This document shows, piece after piece, positions 35,037-42,258 of a DNA stretch of 64,000 nt. Source of the DNA: Candidatus Saccharimonadales bacterium (lineage in GTDB: Bacteria; Patescibacteriota; Saccharimonadia; Saccharimonadales; JANWIN01); the NCBI GenBank assembly GCA_025449905.1, contig JANWIN010000008.1, forward strand, positions 4,642 through 68,641, in the 5' to 3' direction. The notes under the pieces were generated by a model, which did not search any database, was not told the DNA's origin, and saw only the letters and a program-made list of their open reading frames with translations. Positions within the stretch are counted from its first letter, which is position 1; each line of letters opens with the position of its first letter. Both the position numbers and the translations under genes were made by a program.

Positions 35037-35096
35037 ACTCGTTGTAATATCTGCGGGAGGCCTTGAATAGTTTTCAAGTTATTACGTACAATATAT

Positions 35097-35822
35097 TTGA
35101 GCGAGGTATTTTTGGGAGTTTATAGCAATACACAAATTAGACAAGCAATTAAAGAAGGTCATATCGTCCTTCACCCTTACAATGACAAAAACATTGCCGG
35201 TAGTAGCGTTGACGTTACCCTAGGCTATTATTTCTATCGTTTGGAGCGGCCAAGTGAGGGCGGTTTTTATAATCCATTTGATGAAAAAGCTGTTAAATCA
35301 TACTTTCGCGGTGGACCATACCACGCCGAGCCGCATGAGAAATGGGTTAAGCAACATGGCCGGCAATTATTTAAGAATATCCCGCCAAAACATCCAATCA
35401 TTGTCTTAAGGCCAGGCGAGCGCATACTTAGTCATACTCATGAATTTATAGGCATTCGAGCCCCCGGCACTAGCACTATGCAAGCCCGCAGTACCTGGGG
35501 TCGCAACGGCGTCTCGGTTTGTTTAGACGCCGGGTGGGGTGATCCTGGTTATATAAACCGCTGGACGATGGAAGTTTATAATATGAACCAATATGAAAGC
35601 GTTGTACTGCCTGTTGGTGAACGAGTCGCGCAAATGGTCTTCTACGAAACAGGCCCCGTTAGCAGCGAGTACACCAAGCTAAGCGGCAAATATCAGAGCC
35701 GCCCCAGCCAGGATCTGCAAACCATTATTAAGACTTGGTCGCCGGAACAGATGCTCCCCCGAGCTTACAAAGATAGTCGCCAGATGCCTAAAATCATCAA
35801 AGGCTTGAAAGGCTACAAGTGA
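35097..35822 (+). CDS. dcd: dCTP deaminase / dUTPase-superfamily protein
   Basis: GSSVDVTLG and an ERVAQMVF-type C-terminal segment. Start uncertain: TTG 35097, or TTG 35112 which has GAGG 5 nt upstream. Confidence 0.7.
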   Translation: MSEVFLGVYSNTQIRQAIKEGHIVLHPYNDKNIAGSSVDVTLGYYFYRLERPSEGGFYNPFDEKAVKSYFRGGPYHAEPHEKWVKQHGRQLFKNIPPKHPIIVLRPGERILSHTHEFIGIRAPGTSTMQARSTWGRNGVSVCLDAGWGDPGYINRWTMEVYNMNQYESVVLPVGERVAQMVFYETGPVSSEYTKLSGKYQSRPSQDLQTIIKTWSPEQMLPRAYKDSRQMPKIIKGLKGYK

Positions 35823-38167
35823 AACCGGCAAGTAAGAGTAGGGGTGCATTTATTGTTATTGAAGGTACTGATGGCTCGGGCAAAGGTACGCAATTTGAAT
35901 TATTGACCGAAAGGTTACGCCAAGCCGGACACCAAGTAGAGACTTTTGATTTTCCTCGTTATGATGAGCCTTCCAGCTACTTTGTGAAGGAGTACTTAAA
36001 TGGTAAATACGGCAGTTCGGAAGAGGTTGGACCTTATACCGGTTCGCTATTTTACGCGATTGACCGCTACCAAGCCGCACCGCAAATCAGGCAGGCGCTA
36101 GAAGAAGGCAAGGTTGTGCTGGCTAATCGTTTTACCGGTTCAAATATGGCTCATCAGGGTACTAAGTTTGCTTATCCTGAAGAGCGGCGCGGTTATTTTA
36201 TCTGGCTGGATAATTTGGAGTTTGAAATGCTGGGAATCCCGCGGCCGGACAGGAGTTTTGTGCTGCGCGTGCCAGCCGAGATTGCCCAGCAATTAATTGA
36301 TAGAAAGGCCGCCCGCAGTTATACCGATAAGAAGCGTGACTTGCACGAGGCTGATTTTAAGCACTTAAAGCTTTCAGTTGAGGTTTATGACGACCTATGC
36401 CGATTATTCCCGCGTGATTTTCAGCGCCTTGACTGTGTGCGCAGCGGAAAAATGATGACTAAAAGCGTAGTTGCCGACATGATTTGGAAAAATGTCGAGC
36501 CGTTGTTACCCGAGCCGATGCCTATTACCAAAGGAACTAAACCCAAGCCGCAGGTTGAAAAGCCAAAAAATCCTTATATTCACAAGACGAACGCCGGCTA
36601 CGAAATAACTTCGGAGGGTAAGCGCTTTTTGGAAGAAGCCGTAACTAATGCCAGTGGTAATGTCTATGGTTTTAAGGACAAGTTGACGGCTACAACCATA
36701 GCAGCAGCTATGGCGCGATTGAGTCGCCGCGGTGATGATATGCGCGTAACTATTTTGGACGAGTTTGCCGCCACCGAAGGCAAAGATGAAAAGCTGCTCC
36801 AGCGGGTTATAACGGCTTATGGTGATGACTCTGTTCAACAGTTGGTTGGCCAGCATATAGTTGTTGAGAACGCCTCTAACCTGCTTATAAAGAAACTGGA
36901 GTGGGGCAGGCTGGCCGCCTATCTGGAACAATCGACGCGCTACATTTATTTCGATCAAAAAGATAACGAAGGACGATACAAATATCATATCCCGGAGCAT
37001 TTTGACGAAGATACACTCCAAGTCTATGTCAAAGTCATGGATGAAATCTTTGACACTTATTCAGTTATTGTCAGAAAGGCTACAGACTATGTGCGTACTA
37101 ACTCTAAAGTTCCAAAAGATGAGCAAGATGTTGCCTGGCAAGGGGCGACTCGGGCCCAAGCTTGTGACGCCGCTCGCCATGTTCTGCCCGTAGCCACCAC
37201 TGCCACCGTGGGTATTTATGCTTCAGGCCAAGCTCTAGAAAGTCTTATCATGCACCTAATGAGCGAAGAGTTCGTTGAAGCTCGTATAACCGGACAGAAA
37301 CTCTTAGACGAAGGTCGGCAAATGATTCCAATGTTCTTGGAGCGAGCCGATAAGCCGGATCGCGGCGGCGCAGCCATTGCTTATCGAGCCAACACCAAAC
37401 AAGGCGTAAAAAAATTAGCCGAGAAATATTTACCTAATAATTTTGGTCAGCATGAAGCGCCGGTTAGGCTAACAGGCGTCTGGCCTCGCAACGAAGTGGA
37501 CTTAGTGCCAGATATGCTCTATGAGCACAGTAATTTATCGTTAGACGAGATTAAGGATTCAGTTAGTAAATGGTCATATGATAAAAAAGCTTCGGTGCTG
37601 CTGGCCTATATCGGTGAACGCTTAAACCGGCGCCACAAGCCCGGGCGAGCACTAGAAAAAGCCCATTACAGCTGGGATTTGGTTTGTGATTACGGCATCT
37701 TTCGAGATTTACAACGTCACCGCATGGTTGATGATTTAGAGTGGCAGGAGTTAACCCCTCGCTATGGCTATGAAATACCAGAGCTTATTGAAGAAGCCGG
37801 GCTAGCTGAATTATATGAAAAGTGCTTTGACATGAGCTTGGCGCTTCATAGCAAGTTACAGGCAGCTGGCTACGGGGTTGAGGCGCAATACGCTACGCTT
37901 TTGGGGCATAAAATGCGGTGGAAAATGACTTTTAATGCCCGCGAGGCATATCATTTTGTTGAACTTAGGACTTCGCCGCAGGGACACCCTGGCTACCGCA
38001 AACTAACTCAACAAATGTATGAAAAGTTAGCAGAAGTACATCCGCTACTTGCTCAGGGTATGAAGTTTGTCAATCAAGGCGAAGACGAAGAATTAACGCG
38101 TTTGGCGGCTGAAAAGTATACACAGTTTAAGCTTCAACAGATTGATCAGGCTGAGAAGAAACGCTAG
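35819..38167 (+). CDS. fusion protein: thymidylate kinase (N-terminal) plus tandem ThyX-like flavin-dependent thymidylate synthase domains
   Basis: N-terminus FIVIEGTDGSGKGTQ (Tmk). C-terminal ~550 aa carries two ThyX-like halves: WGRLAAYLEQSTRY and QRHRMVDD...TPRY, and YHFVELRTSPQGHPGYR. GTGA overlap with dcd. Confidence 0.6.
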   Translation: MKPASKSRGAFIVIEGTDGSGKGTQFELLTERLRQAGHQVETFDFPRYDEPSSYFVKEYLNGKYGSSEEVGPYTGSLFYAIDRYQAAPQIRQALEEGKVVLANRFTGSNMAHQGTKFAYPEERRGYFIWLDNLEFEMLGIPRPDRSFVLRVPAEIAQQLIDRKAARSYTDKKRDLHEADFKHLKLSVEVYDDLCRLFPRDFQRLDCVRSGKMMTKSVVADMIWKNVEPLLPEPMPITKGTKPKPQVEKPKNPYIHKTNAGYEITSEGKRFLEEAVTNASGNVYGFKDKLTATTIAAAMARLSRRGDDMRVTILDEFAATEGKDEKLLQRVITAYGDDSVQQLVGQHIVVENASNLLIKKLEWGRLAAYLEQSTRYIYFDQKDNEGRYKYHIPEHFDEDTLQVYVKVMDEIFDTYSVIVRKATDYVRTNSKVPKDEQDVAWQGATRAQACDAARHVLPVATTATVGIYASGQALESLIMHLMSEEFVEARITGQKLLDEGRQMIPMFLERADKPDRGGAAIAYRANTKQGVKKLAEKYLPNNFGQHEAPVRLTGVWPRNEVDLVPDMLYEHSNLSLDEIKDSVSKWSYDKKASVLLAYIGERLNRRHKPGRALEKAHYSWDLVCDYGIFRDLQRHRMVDDLEWQELTPRYGYEIPELIEEAGLAELYEKCFDMSLALHSKLQAAGYGVEAQYATLLGHKMRWKMTFNAREAYHFVELRTSPQGHPGYRKLTQQMYEKLAEVHPLLAQGMKFVNQGEDEELTRLAAEKYTQFKLQQIDQAEKKR

Positions 38168-38351
38168 ATTGAGGTGAATTTACCTCTTGATCGAGGTCAA
38201 TTAATCGAGATTTTCCAGATGCAAACTCTCCTAATAATAAGTTCCTCGAGCTAGCTTCAGCGTGCACGCTCGCAAGTTCTTCAGCTATTCCTGTTTGCTT
38301 ATCATCTCTGTGTGTTAAGTCTATTTCTGTGACTGCCATAACTCTTACCAA
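38127..38351 (-). CDS. hypothetical protein (74 aa), doubtful
   Basis: Convergent ORF overlapping the 3' end of the tmk-thyX fusion by 41 nt; no motif. Confidence 0.2.
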   Translation of the reverse strand: MVRVMAVTEIDLTHRDDKQTGIAEELASVHAEASSRNLLLGEFASGKSRLIDLDQEVNSPQSSVSSQPDQSVEA

Positions 38352-38422
38352 AAACTAATACTACACCGAATTTTTAAGAACGCAAGCAATAGTTTTTGAA
38401 TATTGTATTTTTCAGTCAAGAG

Positions 38423-38574
38423 TGATAACCTCTAAATCACTATGGGTTTTAACCAGAAGCACTCTTCGAGTCTCCTACTTATCCTTCAAGGGCTGTGCTT
38501 CAAATTGGTTGAAGCCTGAGCGTACAGATACGTTTTGCACAGCCCCACAATCAGGCCTCAACGCCTGATTTTTT
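38423..38574 (+). promoter_or_regulatory. Leu-rich leader peptide attenuator candidate
   Basis: TGaTAACCT (38423-31). ORF 38442-38519 MGFNQKHSSSLLLILQGLCFKLVEA. Alternative pairings 38490-98/38537-45 and 38514-19/38551-56, then a terminator. Confidence 0.6.
38551..38574 (+). terminator. intrinsic terminator 17 nt upstream of the leuA-family start
   Basis: TCAGGC / ctcaac / GCCTGA followed by T6. Confidence 0.7.
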
Positions 38575-38591
38575 AATTTAAGGAGAACTAA

Positions 38592-39761
38592 ATGAGTGAA
38601 GTTAATCTAACAATTTTTGATACAACCTTGCGTGATGGAGCACAATCGTTGCCTGAGCAAAATCAGTTTCCGAAAGGAACAAAGGCTGATATTGCCGGTG
38701 AAATAGCTGCTTTGGGCATAGGTGTCATAGAAGCAGGATTCCCTAGAACAGTTGGCGATGCAGACGAAGTACGTATGGTGTCTAAGCTAGTGGGTAACAA
38801 TGAATATGCTATTTCTGAATGGCGCAATAACCACGCTGTTGGCAAGGTAGGCGCTACCCCAACTATTGCGGGGCTTTGCCGAACAACCCGCAGGGACATT
38901 GATGTGGCCTGGGAGGCTGTACAGGATGCTATATTCCCGCGAATTCACACATTCGTGTCGACAGATAGAGAGCACATGGCAGCAAAATTTCCGGGCAAAA
39001 CACCAGAAGAAGTACACCTAATGGGTCGAGATGCAGTTATGCACGCCAAATCATTGATGATTGACAGGCCCCAAGCAACAGTGGAATTTTCGGCAGAGGC
39101 GGCTAGTACCACAGAAGAAAAATACTTAGAAGGAGTAATGAAGTCAGCTGTTGATGAAGGAGCTGATGTAATTAATGTACCCGACACCGTTGGCCAGCGT
39201 AATCCATTCTGGATGCGTGATTTCTATAGTCGAGTAATTGATTGGGTAGTAAGGGCAAATCCTGATGTAACAATTTCAGCTCATAACCACAACGATCTAG
39301 CTATGGCAACTGCCAATAGTTTTAGCTTGGTTAGTGCAGCTGCCGAATACGCCAAAATACAAGCTAAGCCAATAAATATTCAAATAGAAACTACTATTTC
39401 TGGTCTGGGTGAACGAGCTGGGAATGCTGATGTCTTCTCAGTTGCAGCCAGTATTTTTAAATTTGCCGAAGATCTCCCAGTTGATATTTATTGGCGTTTT
39501 AACCCTGAAAGATCTGTAAAAACCGCCAATCGCGTACTAAGTATGGCTGGTATCGAGGTCCACAGGCAAGCTCCGGTTGTTGGCCGAGATACGCTAGTAC
39601 ACCGTTCTGGAATTCATAGTGATGGTGTCATAAAAGGGGGTCATCGTATATACACCCCCCATGACCCAACCTTCTGGGGCCAAGGCGCCGATGCTATACA
39701 CGAAGAAGGTAGGTATCAGGGTAAGAGTGGACGAGCAGCCATTGCCCGAACATCCCAATAG
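38592..39761 (+). CDS. short 2-isopropylmalate / citramalate / homocitrate synthase family protein (HMGL-like)
   Basis: DTTLRDGAQS, HNHNDLAMATANS, GLGERAGNADV, HRSGIHSDGVIK. 389 aa with no LeuA C-terminal regulatory domain; strong SD aaggag. Confidence 0.8.
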   Translation: MSEVNLTIFDTTLRDGAQSLPEQNQFPKGTKADIAGEIAALGIGVIEAGFPRTVGDADEVRMVSKLVGNNEYAISEWRNNHAVGKVGATPTIAGLCRTTRRDIDVAWEAVQDAIFPRIHTFVSTDREHMAAKFPGKTPEEVHLMGRDAVMHAKSLMIDRPQATVEFSAEAASTTEEKYLEGVMKSAVDEGADVINVPDTVGQRNPFWMRDFYSRVIDWVVRANPDVTISAHNHNDLAMATANSFSLVSAAAEYAKIQAKPINIQIETTISGLGERAGNADVFSVAASIFKFAEDLPVDIYWRFNPERSVKTANRVLSMAGIEVHRQAPVVGRDTLVHRSGIHSDGVIKGGHRIYTPHDPTFWGQGADAIHEEGRYQGKSGRAAIARTSQ

Positions 39762-39762
39762 C

Positions 39763-39897
39763 TTGACATACCCCTATAGATATTTAAAATACTATCTATG
39801 GCTCAAACAACAATTATTAAAATTATTCGAGATTCCGTCTAGCGCGGTAGAGCTTTTATTTGTCAACAAACAGCTCCGCGCAGGGGCTGTTTTAAAT
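39763..39897 (+). promoter_or_regulatory. Thr/Ile-rich leader peptide attenuator candidate
   Basis: TTGACA (39763-68), 16-nt spacer, TAAAAT (39785-90), 7 nt, then ORF 39798-39842 MAQTTIIKIIRDSV. Mutually exclusive hairpins 39842-81 and 39868-92. Confidence 0.5.
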
Positions 39898-39909
39898 ATG
39901 AGGAGGACG

Positions 39910-40137
39910 ATGGAAGGTCAAATAAGCGAACCTGTTTCTAGCCAAGAACCAATAGTAGACCCTGAAGTCTATAGGCTACTTGAAATTGGTGAAAAACTTA
40001 AAGCCTTTGGCCTATTAAGTCGAGAGATAAGACTTGAGCTTATACACGGTGCGCCTTGTGGCGAACAATGGAGTGTCAGGCTAATGCGCTGGTACCCGAA
40101 ACCAACGGTTGACGAAACATCTGAATCTAATCTATAA
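39910..40137 (+). CDS. hypothetical protein (75 aa)
   Basis: ATG 39910 preceded by AGGAGG at 4 nt. The longer ORF-track frame (39661) runs through the leuA-family 3' end and the leader region. Confidence 0.45.
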   Translation: MEGQISEPVSSQEPIVDPEVYRLLEIGEKLKAFGLLSREIRLELIHGAPCGEQWSVRLMRWYPKPTVDETSESNL

Positions 40138-40139
40138 TA

Positions 40140-40234
40140 TACTGGTTACCAGAGACAGTGGCGGCGAAAGCTTAATTATGCCACCGAGGTAGAAACAACT
40201 TTTCTATGTCTTTGGTATGCGCCAAAGATTTTTT
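40140..40234 (+). promoter_or_regulatory. rplJ (L10) leader-like structured 5' region with terminator-type hairpin
   Basis: GTGGC...GCCAC helix (40159-40185). TCTTTGG/tatgcg/CCAAAGA plus T6 (40209-40234), 16 nt before the rplJ ATG. L10-leader autoregulation is known in other bacteria. Confidence 0.45.
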
Positions 40235-40250
40235 AATTTTAAGAGGTAAG

Positions 40251-40781
40251 ATGGCTTTAACGAAAGAAAAAAAGCAAGAAATTATCGAGCAGGTTGCGAG
40301 CTATCTCGATAATACTAAGATGACTGTAATGGCTCACTATGATGGTGTATCGGTTCAGGCTATGCAGGATCTGCGTCGTCAAATTAAAGATTCAGGGACT
40401 AGCGTAAGGGTCATCAAGAATAACCTGTTTGTCAAAGCCCTGGATAAAAACGACAAATTTAAGGACATTGAACGCAAAGTCATTGAAGGACAGCTGTTGT
40501 TTGCCTTTAATCCTGATGACGAGGTTGCTCCGGCTCAAGCCCTGGCCGGTTTTGCTAAAAGTGGTCAAAAAGTTGACTTTGTCGGTGCTATTACAGAAGA
40601 GGGCCAATTTGTTGAGGCTGAAGACGTCAAGTCAATGGCCAACCTACCGTCCAAAGAGCAACTGCGCGGCCAATTGGTTGGCCTATTTAGTTCACCGCTC
40701 AGCGGTTTGGTAAGTGTCTTAAACGGTAATGCCCGAGGTGTTTTGCAGGTACTGCAAGCTCGCGCTGAATCGATAAGCTAA
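40251..40781 (+). CDS. rplJ: 50S ribosomal protein L10 (uL10)
   Basis: MALTKEKKQEIIEQV... is the canonical N-terminus; SD aagagg. The ORF-track start 40206 is rejected. Confidence 0.94.
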   Translation: MALTKEKKQEIIEQVASYLDNTKMTVMAHYDGVSVQAMQDLRRQIKDSGTSVRVIKNNLFVKALDKNDKFKDIERKVIEGQLLFAFNPDDEVAPAQALAGFAKSGQKVDFVGAITEEGQFVEAEDVKSMANLPSKEQLRGQLVGLFSSPLSGLVSVLNGNARGVLQVLQARAESIS

Positions 40782-40808
40782 TAATTTGTTAATAAGAAAG
40801 GAAATAAT

Positions 40809-41342
40809 ATGGCTGATGAAGACGTAAAGCAAGAAGAGAAAAAAGAAGAGAAGCCGGTTGAAGAGCAAGCACCTGCTGAAAACGCACCAAAAGAGGAAGT
40901 TAAAGTAGAGGAACCCAAAGAAGAGACTAAGAAAGAGAAGAAATCTGACGCGAAAGTCCCTAAAGAGTTTGAAAAACTGGTCAGTGAGCTTGATAAGATG
41001 TCAGCCTTAGACATCAGTAAGTTCGTGAAGTTACTAGAAGAGCACTGGGGCGTGAGCGCCGCTGCACCGGCTGCAGCCGTTGCTGCCGCACCGGCTGGTG
41101 GTGGTGAAGAAAGTGCCGCAGCTGAGGAAAAAGCCGAGTTTGACGTTAACCTGAAAGACGCTGGCGCTCAAAAAGTAGCCGTAATTAAGGCTGTTAAAGA
41201 AGTGACTGGTCTTGGTCTGGGTGAAGCTAAAGCTTTAGTAGACGGTGCGCCTAAGGTCGTTTTGGAAAAAGCTAAGAAAGAAGACGCTGACAATGCCAAG
41301 AAACTACTTGAAGAAGCCGGCGCAACTGTAGAGCTATCGTAA
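40809..41342 (+). CDS. rplL: 50S ribosomal protein L7/L12 (bL12) with ~50-aa K/E-rich N-terminal extension
   Basis: C-terminal domain [28 protein letters not shown]...; 177 aa. Confidence 0.93.
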   Translation: MADEDVKQEEKKEEKPVEEQAPAENAPKEEVKVEEPKEETKKEKKSDAKVPKEFEKLVSELDKMSALDISKFVKLLEEHWGVSAAAPAAAVAAAPAGGGEESAAAEEKAEFDVNLKDAGAQKVAVIKAVKEVTGLGLGEAKALVDGAPKVVLEKAKKEDADNAKKLLEEAGATVELS

Positions 41343-41448
41343 ACTGCTTAAAAAGTAAACTTTTTATCCACAGGTCTTTTGACTTGACGGTGTAAAAATG
41401 GTAATTTTACTGTTGAGTGTCCGTAAACAAACACTTTAGAGGTACCTC

Positions 41449-41958
41449 ATGACCGACGTAGCAGATAAGCAGATTAAGAGACTGCGGAGCCTATTGCAAG
41501 AAGCCGAAACCAGTTTGGGAGCGGCTAAAGAGTTATTGGTGAGCCTGGTTGGCGATGACGCTGAAGCTACTGCTTTGGCTAAAGATGAATCCTTGGGCAA
41601 GGTTATTGAAGGTGTATTTGATGGTCAAAATATGGTTGGCTCTGATGGTAAAACTTATCCGGTACCGGCCAACTACGCATCTAAGTCAAAATTAGTCCAA
41701 GGTGATATCTTAAAGCTAACTATTGCCGACGACGGTGCTTTTATGTATAAGCAAATTGGTCCTATCGCCCGAAAACAGGTCGTCGGCGTACTGGAGTTAA
41801 AGGATGGCCATTACTTTGTAAACGTCGGCAAGAAGCAATATAGAATTTTGCTAGCCAGTGTGACTTACTTCAAGGCTAAGCCAGGGGATCAAGTTAGCGT
41901 AAACATCCCAGAAGATGACGAAAATGCCGAGTGGGCTGCGCTCGAAGCCGCATTATAA
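41449..41958 (+). CDS. hypothetical protein (169 aa)
   Basis: ORF track; sits where rpoB would be expected after rplL. Confidence 0.5.
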   Translation: MTDVADKQIKRLRSLLQEAETSLGAAKELLVSLVGDDAEATALAKDESLGKVIEGVFDGQNMVGSDGKTYPVPANYASKSKLVQGDILKLTIADDGAFMYKQIGPIARKQVVGVLELKDGHYFVNVGKKQYRILLASVTYFKAKPGDQVSVNIPEDDENAEWAALEAAL

Positions 41959-42211
41959 ATTACGAGTTTCAAAAAAGTTTTTAATTACTTTGAGTGCACT
42001 TATAGTCGTTTTCTTAGCTGGGCACTTTATTCCAATTGAAAGTATAGCGAGACCAGACTGGTGCGCTTATGATAATTTTAAAGGAAGATACTACAAAGTC
42101 TTGGGACAAGAGTCTGAATTCGACAACTGGCAAGGCGGGGTCACTCTCGCTATCGGTTGTGGCGTTGATCTTGATAATTCCACTAAGTCTGCCAAATTAT
42201 ATCTCTGGTAA
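41915..42211 (+). CDS. hypothetical membrane-anchored small protein
   Basis: ORF track; hydrophobic segment FLITLSALIVVFLAG; start uncertain; overlaps the upstream gene by 44 nt. Confidence 0.35.
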   Translation: MTKMPSGLRSKPHYKLRVSKKFLITLSALIVVFLAGHFIPIESIARPDWCAYDNFKGRYYKVLGQESEFDNWQGGVTLAIGCGVDLDNSTKSAKLYLW

Positions 42212-42258
42212 TTTCTACAATCTAATTTCAAATATCATTCGTCTATAATTGATAGGGC

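Noticed and set aside
36506-37021. 171-aa minus-strand ORF
   Set aside because: It lies entirely antisense to the well-supported tmk-thyX fusion gene. It has no RBS and no motif, so it is a typical shadow ORF.
39661-39909. ORF-track 158-aa reading frame starting inside the leuA-family gene
   Set aside because: The upstream part overlaps the leuA-family 3' end and runs through the promoter, mini-ORF and hairpin region. ATG 39910 has a perfect AGGAGG.
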